DNA of 64,000 nt, from assembly GCA_035651855.1 (NCBI GenBank), contig DASREX010000060.1:14528-78527 (forward strand), written 5' to 3'. This DNA comes from Candidatus Sulfotelmatobacter sp. GTDB taxonomy: Bacteria > Acidobacteriota > Terriglobia > Terriglobales > Acidobacteriaceae. Below the pieces are notes generated by a model. It was not told the DNA's origin and searched no databases. It was given only the letters and a program-made list of their open reading frames with translations. Below are positions 54,394 to 62,638 of the stretch, piece after piece (within the stretch, counting starts at the first letter, position 1; the number at the start of each line of letters is the position of its first letter). The position numbers and the translations under genes are program-made.

Positions 54394-55923
54394 CTATGGC
54401 AAGGTGAGGACCGCCACCGAGAAGCCTCCCAACTTCACGACATCGCCGGTCAGCCTCGCGGTTGCGGGAGGGTTGAACGCAGTCGTCTGATCCACGTAGT
54501 CCACCCGTCCCCCGGCTCCGCCGGCAACGGACACTTCCGCCGCGCGGTCCCGCTTATTCACCAGAAGTAACTTGCGCTTGCCCGCGTGCGTCGCGAAGGC
54601 CAGAGAGTACAGATAAGGATTGTTAGGCGCGGAGGGAGCGGCCGGTTCAATCTCCACCTGCTTGTCGCCCGGTCCGAAATTGTCGTGCAGCAGCTTCAGC
54701 ACCCAAAAGCGTGCGTTCGGCTTGCCATTGTTCCAATCCACCATGGAGACGCTGGGGAACTGCGTAGGGAAGCCCACTAACTGGGACTCGCCCGCCACAT
54801 CGATCCCGATTTGCGCGAGCTCTCCGAAGACATACGCGTACATTGCCCCGGCCAGGTTCCAGTAGGAATTGGGAATGGGCTGAACCACGTGCCCCGGCTC
54901 ACCTTGTGCGAGATCGTCCGCTGAAATCACTCCCAGTTCGTCGACGGTGGTCTTGGTTTCCGGAGATAAACGCTTGCGGATCGCTTCGATGTAGCGAACC
55001 GATTTGAGGAATCCGTCCGCCTGCGCGAAATAGGTGAACTGCTCCACCTCCGGCGTTTCGTCCACGGTGGGAACCGCATAAAAATGGTACGAGATGAAAT
55101 CCAGCGGCACGCCCGGTTTGTGGTTCTTATGATCGAGAAAATATTCGAAATATTGCGGATTGGTTTCCATCGCTAGAGCCAACCCGACGAACTCGGTCCG
55201 CGGCTGGACCTTCTTCATCGCCAGCACCACCTCGTCGTAGAGCTTGGTATATGTTTCCGGGCTGATGTGGTGCTCGAAATCGATCTCATTCAGGACTTCC
55301 CAGTACGGGATCGAATAGTGATATCCGGATTCGTGGCGTTTGCCTAATTCGTCGGTAAATCCACCGTTGGTGTACCAGGAGAGCAGCCGAGCATAGTACC
55401 CCGCCACTTCTTTCATGCTGGGATCGCGCAATTCGGTGCCCTGTTCATACTCCCACGTCACCTGGTTCGGATCAGCCGGGTACGGGACGGGCTTGTCAGT
55501 TTTGTACATCCACTGCGGGATGGTGCTGAAGTTGAGGATCGTGGAGTGTCCCTTGGTCGCCTCCAGAAAATCGATGGTCATGGGATCGATCGGGGTGAAG
55601 TCCCACGACGTTTTGCCGTCTTTTGGCGGCTCCAGTTCGGCCACTCCAAGCTTGGGATATGGAAGCCACGGAACGTACCGCACGTAGTCCGCGCCCAGGT
55701 CGCGCAAGGCCTGGAATGCGTTGTCATGCACGGGTGTGCCGCGCTGCAAAGGAGGATTGACTACGACCTGCAACGTCGGCGTAGTCTGTGTGACCCGGAC
55801 GACTTTATCCCAGTTGACTGTGACCTTGCTGACACGGTCCTGCGCCGCGGCATAAGCCAAACTACAGAACAGCACCGCCACTACCGCCGGCATCCTTGGT
55901 TCCAGCCGAATCTTCATGCCCAT
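54394..55923 (-). CDS. Secreted clan GH-A glycoside hydrolase (GH39-like), specificity unknown
   Basis: Signal MKIRLEPRMPAVVAVLFCSLAYAAA. (beta/alpha)8-type layout with a YWEVLNEIDFEHH (NE acid/base) motif. The family assignment is tentative. Confidence 0.6.
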   Translation of the reverse strand: MGMKIRLEPRMPAVVAVLFCSLAYAAAQDRVSKVTVNWDKVVRVTQTTPTLQVVVNPPLQRGTPVHDNAFQALRDLGADYVRYVPWLPYPKLGVAELEPPKDGKTSWDFTPIDPMTIDFLEATKGHSTILNFSTIPQWMYKTDKPVPYPADPNQVTWEYEQGTELRDPSMKEVAGYYARLLSWYTNGGFTDELGKRHESGYHYSIPYWEVLNEIDFEHHISPETYTKLYDEVVLAMKKVQPRTEFVGLALAMETNPQYFEYFLDHKNHKPGVPLDFISYHFYAVPTVDETPEVEQFTYFAQADGFLKSVRYIEAIRKRLSPETKTTVDELGVISADDLAQGEPGHVVQPIPNSYWNLAGAMYAYVFGELAQIGIDVAGESQLVGFPTQFPSVSMVDWNNGKPNARFWVLKLLHDNFGPGDKQVEIEPAAPSAPNNPYLYSLAFATHAGKRKLLLVNKRDRAAEVSVAGGAGGRVDYVDQTTAFNPPATARLTGDVVKLGGFSVAVLTLP

Positions 55924-56032
55924 CCTCCACCATTAACCCAGCGCGCTCCGGCAGGCGCCGCTTCACGCGGGGACTCGAATGTTGGCACCAGGACGTGGAA
56001 GACGTCAATGGCGCAGGCAGGACATCATGTGA

Positions 56033-56047
56033 TTTCGCCATAAGAAA
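56033..56047. promoter_or_regulatory. Weak rha-operator-like site (left half only)
   Basis: TTTCGCCATAAGAAA in the divergent GH39-like / isomerase intergenic region. Confidence 0.2.
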
Positions 56048-56159
56048 TGGCCGGGCGGTGGGCGCGGCGATGTATGCAAGGTTTCCTTCGCCAATTGCTG
56101 CATCGGCTCTCGCCTGGTTCTGGGTGTGCGGTCGGGTGCAAGAAGGGATATTCCCTGCG

Positions 56160-56174
56160 TTTCGCATCTTAAAA
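56160..56174. promoter_or_regulatory. Weak rha-operator-like site (left half only)
   Basis: TTTCGCATCTTAAAA, 127 bp from the 56033 site. This spacing matches the other site pairs. Confidence 0.25.
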
Positions 56175-56264
56175 TGACCGGGCAGAGAGGGGACATGGTT
56201 GTGGCCGGGATCAACAACGGCTATGCTGGCGACGATTCTGACAGTGTTCCCGTTCACAGACGCC

Positions 56265-57692
56265 ATGAAGCATTCACTCAAGATTGGGCTGTTCGGCATC
56301 GGCCTGGAAGCCTACTGGGCCCAGTTTCCTGGCCTCCAGGACAGGCTGGCCGGATTCACGCAGAGAGTCGCTGGAAAGCTGGAGAGATTCGGCGTGCAGG
56401 TGGTTAATCTGGGGCTGGTCGATACCCCGGAAAAGTCCGTTTCCGCAGGACATGAATTCCGCCAAGCCGACGTCGACCTGATTTTTCTCTACGTAACTAC
56501 CTACGCATTGTCCTCAACCGTGCTACCGGCGGTCCGCCGCGCCAAAGTACCGGTCATCATTCTTAACCTGTCTCCTTCGCCTGCCATCGACTACCAATCC
56601 TTTAACCGGCTTGGAGACCGCAGCAAAATGACCGGAGAATGGCTGGCGCACTGCCAGGCTTGTCCCGTTCCTGAGATCGCGAATGTCTTCCATCGTTGTC
56701 GGATTCCGTTCTTTCAGGTGACCGGCATGCTTGAGGACGATCCGGCGGCATGGGCCGAAATCGGCGAGTGGATAGAGGCCGTTCGAGTCGCCCATGCGAT
56801 GGAGCACAACCGCTGCGGAGTGATGGGTAATTACTACGGAGGAATGCTCGACATCTATTCCGACCTGACCCAGCAGTGCGCCTATTTTGGAGGCCACATC
56901 GAGATTCTTGAGGTGGAAGAACTGGTGGCATTGCTGAACGAGGTCAGCGACGCGGAGGCGGGGCGAAGGGTTGCCGAGTTCAGGTCTGCCTTCGATGTGC
57001 AACAGGATTGTCCGGACGAGGAACTGGCTCGCGCGGCGCGCACCTCCATCGCGCTCGATCGCATGGTCGAAAGGCACAAACTGGGCTCGCTGGCGTACTA
57101 CCACCAGGGGATTGGCAGTCCCGAAAACGAAGAGGCGATAAGTTCCATCATCCTCGGAACCAGTCTCTTGACGGCGCGCGGCATCCCCGTGGCCGGCGAA
57201 TACGAGATCAAGAACGTCCAAGCCATGAAAATCATGGACCTGTTCGGAGCCGGCGGTTCGTTCACCGAATACTATGCCGCGGACTACAACGATGACGTGC
57301 TGCTGATGGGGCACGATGGCCCTGGGCATATCGCCATCGCGCAAGGCAAAACTAAAGTTCGTCCCCTCCAGGTGTATCACGGCAAGACCGGACGCGGTCT
57401 TTCTGTGGAAATGTCGGTCAAGCATGGGCCTGTCACATTGCTGGCAGTGGTACAGACAGTGAATGGACAACTGAAGCTGCTGACTGCCGAAGGCGAGTCC
57501 GTCCCCGGGCCGATTCTGGAAATCGGAAATACCAACAGCCGTTACCGGTTTCCGCTCGGCGCCAGGAATTTTCAAAATGAATGGAACCGGCATGGCCCGG
57601 CCCATCACTGTGCTGTCGGGATCGGCCACATCTCAACCAAGCTGCAGAAGTTGGGCGCCTTGCTGGGCATGGAGTGCGTGCGAGTCGGGTGA
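56265..57692 (+). CDS. L-arabinose isomerase (AraA)-family sugar isomerase, substrate uncertain
   Basis: ORF trimmed to MKHSLKIGLFGIGLEAYWAQFPGL.. . C-terminal ..GEYEIKNVQAMKIMDLFGAGGSFTEYY..LMGHDGPGH.. is typical of the AraA/FucI superfamily. Confidence 0.8.
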   Translation: MKHSLKIGLFGIGLEAYWAQFPGLQDRLAGFTQRVAGKLERFGVQVVNLGLVDTPEKSVSAGHEFRQADVDLIFLYVTTYALSSTVLPAVRRAKVPVIILNLSPSPAIDYQSFNRLGDRSKMTGEWLAHCQACPVPEIANVFHRCRIPFFQVTGMLEDDPAAWAEIGEWIEAVRVAHAMEHNRCGVMGNYYGGMLDIYSDLTQQCAYFGGHIEILEVEELVALLNEVSDAEAGRRVAEFRSAFDVQQDCPDEELARAARTSIALDRMVERHKLGSLAYYHQGIGSPENEEAISSIILGTSLLTARGIPVAGEYEIKNVQAMKIMDLFGAGGSFTEYYAADYNDDVLLMGHDGPGHIAIAQGKTKVRPLQVYHGKTGRGLSVEMSVKHGPVTLLAVVQTVNGQLKLLTAEGESVPGPILEIGNTNSRYRFPLGARNFQNEWNRHGPAHHCAVGIGHISTKLQKLGALLGMECVRVG

Positions 57693-57711
57693 GGCCTCCT
57701 CCAGCCCCCTG

Positions 57712-57726
57712 TTCTGCATTGCGAAA
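57712..57726. promoter_or_regulatory. Candidate rha-locus operator, site 6
   Basis: TTCTGCATTGCGAAA. The 10-mer CATTGCGAAA is identical to sites 1 and 7. Confidence 0.5.
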
Positions 57727-57831
57727 CGAAATCCTCGGGCTGAACGCTCAATGCCGGAACTGCAGAACTGTTTCCTGACAGTTTGAAAGTGTTGCAGCCA
57801 CATTCTCGCGATACTCCGCTATCATCTAGCC

Positions 57832-57846
57832 TTTCACATTGCGAAA
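57832..57846. promoter_or_regulatory. Candidate rha-locus operator, site 7
   Basis: TTTCACATTGCGAAA, 120 bp from site 6 and about 120 bp upstream of the GH78 gene. Confidence 0.5.
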
Positions 57847-57967
57847 TCGTGCCCGTTCCCGCCGTCTCGGTTGACACCAGACTCCGGCAAGTGAAACTAT
57901 CCCCGCGCATCCTTGCCAGCCTGTCCGGTGCGTTGCGTGCGCCCCGACGGTTGTTGTTTACGCCACT

Positions 57968-60900
57968 ATGCGATACCCCATGGAAGAGAACCGGATTAAC
58001 CGTTTGAGATTTGGACGCGTATTGATCGCCATCGTATTCCTGGCGACCGCCGCTGCCGCCAGGCCAGTTCACCTGCGCTGTGAATACCGGGAGAACCCCC
58101 TCGGGATTGACGCCCTCGCCCCGCATTTATCGTGGCAAAGTGACAACACTGAGCGGAACTGGAAGCAATCTGCCTACCAGATCGTGATCGCCAGCAGTGC
58201 GGAGAGATTGCGTTCAGGGCAGGCGGATGTATGGGACAGTGGCAATACGGCTTCTGGCGAATCGGTTGGAATTGCTTACCAAGGTCCCGCGCTGGAGTCC
58301 CGCAAGCGATATTACTGGGCGGTTCGGGTCTGGGATGCGGCCGGGCAGATGTCCCAGTCCAGTGAAGAAGCCTGGTGGGAAATGGGCCTGCTGCGTCCCA
58401 GCGACTGGCAGGCCAAATGGATCCTGTGGAAGAATCCGGACGACGAAGCTGATCGCGCGGGGATGCGCTGGATCTGGGCGCCGGGGCAGGATGCCTTTGC
58501 GGTTGAACCCAAAAAAGTTACGACCTTTCGCGTCACCTTCCAATTGCCGGAGAAGCCGAAAACTGCGGTTCTTGACCTCGCGGTGCGTGGAAGCTTCGTG
58601 GCAAAGGTTAACGGTCACGAAGTCGACCGCAAGCACGGGTGGGGCACCTTCGATTGGAGAGATATTTCCGACGAGCTCGTCCGGGGCGACAACCTCGTTG
58701 AGGTGACGGTCACAGCGCCGGAATCCCCGCAATACGGACCAGAAGCTGGGGCCAAAACCACGATAGCGGGTTTGGCCGCCCTGGTGAAGATCACCACCGC
58801 CAATGGGCGCACGCTGCGCTTTCCGTCAAACGAACACTGGAAGGCCGGCGTGGAGAGCGGCTCGAACTGGCCGGCCGCCCAGGTCGTCGCTGATTTGTCC
58901 AACAAGAGAATGGGGGATCCAGGAGCGCTCCCTCAGCCCGCGGCGCAACTACGCCGGGTCCTGACCCTCTCCAAAGTCGTGCAGCGCGCCCGGCTTTACG
59001 TTACAGCCCTGGGAAGCTACCGCGTGTTTCTCAATGGAGCGCGGGTGGGCAATGATGTCTTGACTCCTGATTTCACCGACTACCGCAAGCGGGTCCTTTA
59101 TCAGACCTACGATGTGACCAATTTGCTGGTGAATGGCAAGAACGCTATCGGTGCGTTGCTGGGGGACGGTTGGTATGGCAGCGGACTGACCTGGGTGGGA
59201 ATGCACTTCTTTTCACCGCCGGATCGCTTTGTGGCCCAGCTCGAGATCGACTACGCCGATGGCAGCCATGAAGCAATTCTTACCGATGATTCGTGGAAGG
59301 CGGCCCCGTCCGCAATTCGTAGATCAGATATTTACGGCGGGGAAGTCTACGACGCGAGACTGGAAGCGGCCGGGTGGGAAGGAGCCGGGTTTGACGATTC
59401 CGGATGGAAGCGGGCAGTGGTCGGAGATGCGCCTTCCGTAGCGGTTTCCAGCCAGGATACCGACCCGGTGCGCGTCGTCTCCAGCCTGACTGCGAAGCAG
59501 GTAACACCCGCACCCAACGGCGCCTACATCTTTGACATGGGTCAGAACATGGTGGGATGGGTAACCCTGAAGGTGAAGGGCATTGCGGGCACCAGGGTTC
59601 AACTTCGATTCGCCGAGATCCTGAATCCTGACGGCACGATCTACACCGCCAATCTGCGCAATGCGGATGCCACCGATGTCTACTTCCTTCGCGGCCAGGG
59701 GGACGAGAGTTTCTCTCCGCATTTTACTTTCCACGGTTTTCGCTATGTCGAAGTGACGGGCTATCCCGGCGGGGCGCCGCCTGCCGATGCGATTCGAGGG
59801 GACGTTCTCAGCAGCGTGAGCGGCGAGCCTACCGGGAAACTGACCACTGCCAGCGATCTTGTAAATCGCATGTGGGGCATCGGCATCTGGGGCCAGCGGG
59901 GAAATTTCCTGAGCATTCCGACCGACTGTCCGCAGCGCGACGAGCGCCTGGGCTGGATGGGCGATGCTGGCGTCTTCTGGCGAACCGGCAGCTACAACTT
60001 CGACATCGCCGCCTTCTCACAGAAATTCATTCAGGACATCGTTGATGCGCAGACCAGCCAGGGAGCATTCACCAATGTGTCCCCTAACACGCTTCCCTTT
60101 GGCGGAGGCGGGACGGAAGGAACGTCGGCCTGGCAGGAAGGGATGGTGGGCGCTCCCGGATGGGGCGACGCCGGCGTGATCGTGCCCTGGACAACCTGGC
60201 TGCAGTACGGAGACAAATCCGCCATTGCGCAGAACTGGGACGCCATGGGCCGGTGGATGGATTTCATCCTTAGCCGCAACCCCGACTTCATCCGGAAGAA
60301 TGGAGTCGGGCCGAACTTCGCGGACTGGCTGGCGCCCGACGAAAATACCAACAAGGATCTGCTGGCGACGGCTTACTGGGCGCTGATGGCCCACATGATG
60401 TCCCAGATGGCGCACGCAGTGGGGAAAGAGGCCGATGCCCGGCGCTACGACGAACTCCTGAACAACATACGCGCCGCTTTTCAAAAGGCCTACATTACGC
60501 CGGACGGGCAGGTCGGAAGTGGAACTCAGACCTCGTACGTCGTAGCGCTCTATACCAAAATGGCTCCCGCGGCGCTCGAACCGTCATTGGTTGAAAAGCT
60601 GGTGAAAGACATCGAACAGCGCGACTGGCACCTGTCTACCGGGTTTCTGGGCACACCGTTCTTGTTATTCACCCTGGCGGATCACGGCCGCCCCGACGTG
60701 GCGTACCGCCTTTTGCTCAACGAAACTTACCCCTCATGGGGCTACATGCTCTCCAAAGGGGCAACCACCTGGTGGGAGCGCTGGAACGGCGATACCGGTG
60801 ATCCCGCGATGAACTCGTATAACCACTACGCGTTTGGCTCGGTCATCGCATGGGTGTATCGCTATGTTGCCGGAATCGACGCCACTCCGGACGCGCCCGG

Positions 60901-61186
60901 TTTCCGGGAAATCATTATTCATCCGCATCTTGACTCCCGCATGCCCTCCGCGCGCGCGGAGTACGACTCGGTTTACGGGAAGATCGTCAGCGATTGGCGG
61001 GGCAGCGCATCCGGTCCGTTTGCCTTGCGTGTGACCATTCCTCCCAATACGACGGCCAAAATTTTCCTGCCGGTTGTCTCTGGAGCGCGGGTTACTGAAA
61101 GCGGAAATCCCGTTGAAGGGCAAGCGGAATCGGGATCGTACCTCGTGCAGGTGGGCTCCGGCACTTACAACTTCGAAGTCAAGTAG
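57968..61186 (+). CDS. GH78 alpha-L-rhamnosidase
   Basis: PVHLRCEYRENPLGIDALAPHLSWQ (Bac_rhamnosid N-terminal signature). (alpha/alpha)6 catalytic region ..PTDCPQRDERLGWMGDA.. . 1072 aa. Confidence 0.9.
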   Translation: MRYPMEENRINRLRFGRVLIAIVFLATAAAARPVHLRCEYRENPLGIDALAPHLSWQSDNTERNWKQSAYQIVIASSAERLRSGQADVWDSGNTASGESVGIAYQGPALESRKRYYWAVRVWDAAGQMSQSSEEAWWEMGLLRPSDWQAKWILWKNPDDEADRAGMRWIWAPGQDAFAVEPKKVTTFRVTFQLPEKPKTAVLDLAVRGSFVAKVNGHEVDRKHGWGTFDWRDISDELVRGDNLVEVTVTAPESPQYGPEAGAKTTIAGLAALVKITTANGRTLRFPSNEHWKAGVESGSNWPAAQVVADLSNKRMGDPGALPQPAAQLRRVLTLSKVVQRARLYVTALGSYRVFLNGARVGNDVLTPDFTDYRKRVLYQTYDVTNLLVNGKNAIGALLGDGWYGSGLTWVGMHFFSPPDRFVAQLEIDYADGSHEAILTDDSWKAAPSAIRRSDIYGGEVYDARLEAAGWEGAGFDDSGWKRAVVGDAPSVAVSSQDTDPVRVVSSLTAKQVTPAPNGAYIFDMGQNMVGWVTLKVKGIAGTRVQLRFAEILNPDGTIYTANLRNADATDVYFLRGQGDESFSPHFTFHGFRYVEVTGYPGGAPPADAIRGDVLSSVSGEPTGKLTTASDLVNRMWGIGIWGQRGNFLSIPTDCPQRDERLGWMGDAGVFWRTGSYNFDIAAFSQKFIQDIVDAQTSQGAFTNVSPNTLPFGGGGTEGTSAWQEGMVGAPGWGDAGVIVPWTTWLQYGDKSAIAQNWDAMGRWMDFILSRNPDFIRKNGVGPNFADWLAPDENTNKDLLATAYWALMAHMMSQMAHAVGKEADARRYDELLNNIRAAFQKAYITPDGQVGSGTQTSYVVALYTKMAPAALEPSLVEKLVKDIEQRDWHLSTGFLGTPFLLFTLADHGRPDVAYRLLLNETYPSWGYMLSKGATTWWERWNGDTGDPAMNSYNHYAFGSVIAWVYRYVAGIDATPDAPGFREIIIHPHLDSRMPSARAEYDSVYGKIVSDWRGSASGPFALRVTIPPNTTAKIFLPVVSGARVTESGNPVEGQAESGSYLVQVGSGTYNFEVK

Positions 61187-61205
61187 GCGGAACTTCAGGT
61201 TCGAT

Positions 61206-62567
61206 ATGACCTTGAACCGCAGAGAGTTGTTGCAGAAGGGAGCGCAGATTGCGCTTGGAATTGGTATGGGCTCCGGCTTACTGGCCGCGGGCAGGACTGA
61301 GCTGATCGCCGCCGGCACCGGATCGCCTGCAGACAGCAAAAGCTTTCCCGCAAGGTTCTTGTGGGGTGCGGCGACAGCAGCGCACCAGGTTGAGGGCAAC
61401 AATATCAACAGCGATGCCTGGCTGCTCGAGCATCTGCCGAAGAGCATGTACCGCGAACCGTCGGGCGATGCTTGCGATCATTACCACCTTTACGAGCAAG
61501 ACATCAACCTGCTGGCGGATTTAGGTTTGAATGCTTACCGCTTCTCCATCGAGTGGGCGCGGATCGAGCCGGAGAAGGGCTATTTCTCCCGCGCCGAACT
61601 CGATCACTACCGGCGCATGCTGGACGCCTGCCACCGGCGCGCTCTGACCCCGCTCGTCACCTACTCTCATTTCACTCTGCCGCGCTGGTTCGCTTTTCAA
61701 GGCGCGTGGGAAAATCCAGAATCTTCCGATCTGTTCGCCCGCTACTGTGAGCGGTCAACCAAGCACCTCGGGGATCTGATCGCATATGCGGCGACATTCA
61801 ATGAGCCGGACCTCTCGTCTCTCTTCCACTGGATCAATCTTCCCGACCTGCCCGCAGGCTCTGATCTGGCATCCACCATGGCGGCGCAAAAAGCCGGGCT
61901 TCGCCAGGCACTCAACGCCCCGGAGTTCAGCGGTTTTCTGATTGGGGACGCTCGGAAGACGCCAGAGAACATCATGGCGGCGCACACCAAAGGAAAGGCC
62001 GCGATCAAATCCGTCCGAAGTGCCATTCCCGTTGGCCTCACTCTAGCCATCGAGGATGATCAGCCGGCAGGCCCGAACAGCCGCTTCGCCGAGAAGCAGG
62101 CGGAGGTCTACAGCCCGTGGTTCAAGCTGGCGAAGAACGACGATTTCATCGGCGTGCAGACTTACAGTCGCTCGCGAATTGCTGACAAGACGATTCCTCC
62201 CCCGGAGAACGCCGAACGGACTCAGATGGGCTACGAGTTCTACCCTGAGTCGCTCGAGCACACTATCCGCCTCGCGAGCAAAGAAACGGGAGTGCCGGTC
62301 ATCGTCACTGAAAACGGCGTGGCCACCGAGAATGATGCGCGACGAGTGGAGTACATTCAGCGCGCGCTGGCGGGGGTAAAGCGCTGCCTGGATCAGGGGA
62401 TCGATGTGCGCGGCTACATTCACTGGTCGCTGGTCGACAACTTCGAATGGATTTTCGGCTTCGTGCCGAAGTTTGGGCTGATTGCCGTGGATCGTGAGAC
62501 GCAGAAGCGCACTCCGAAACCAAGCGCGGCCATATTGGGCAAGATTGCAAGGAACAATTCACTGTGA
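61206..62567 (+). CDS. GH1 beta-glucosidase with twin-arginine signal
   Basis: ORF trimmed to the ATG at 61206 (MTLNRRELLQKGAQIALGIGMGSGLLAAG). FLWGAATAAHQVEGN, TFNEP and ITENG-type (VTENGVA) GH1 motifs. Confidence 0.9.
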   Translation: MTLNRRELLQKGAQIALGIGMGSGLLAAGRTELIAAGTGSPADSKSFPARFLWGAATAAHQVEGNNINSDAWLLEHLPKSMYREPSGDACDHYHLYEQDINLLADLGLNAYRFSIEWARIEPEKGYFSRAELDHYRRMLDACHRRALTPLVTYSHFTLPRWFAFQGAWENPESSDLFARYCERSTKHLGDLIAYAATFNEPDLSSLFHWINLPDLPAGSDLASTMAAQKAGLRQALNAPEFSGFLIGDARKTPENIMAAHTKGKAAIKSVRSAIPVGLTLAIEDDQPAGPNSRFAEKQAEVYSPWFKLAKNDDFIGVQTYSRSRIADKTIPPPENAERTQMGYEFYPESLEHTIRLASKETGVPVIVTENGVATENDARRVEYIQRALAGVKRCLDQGIDVRGYIHWSLVDNFEWIFGFVPKFGLIAVDRETQKRTPKPSAAILGKIARNNSL

Positions 62568-62638
62568 CGGTTGCCACCGCGCTGCGGGTAAGAACACCCG
62601 GCCATCGCGGCTCGGAACCTGACGGCAGGGAGCGAATC

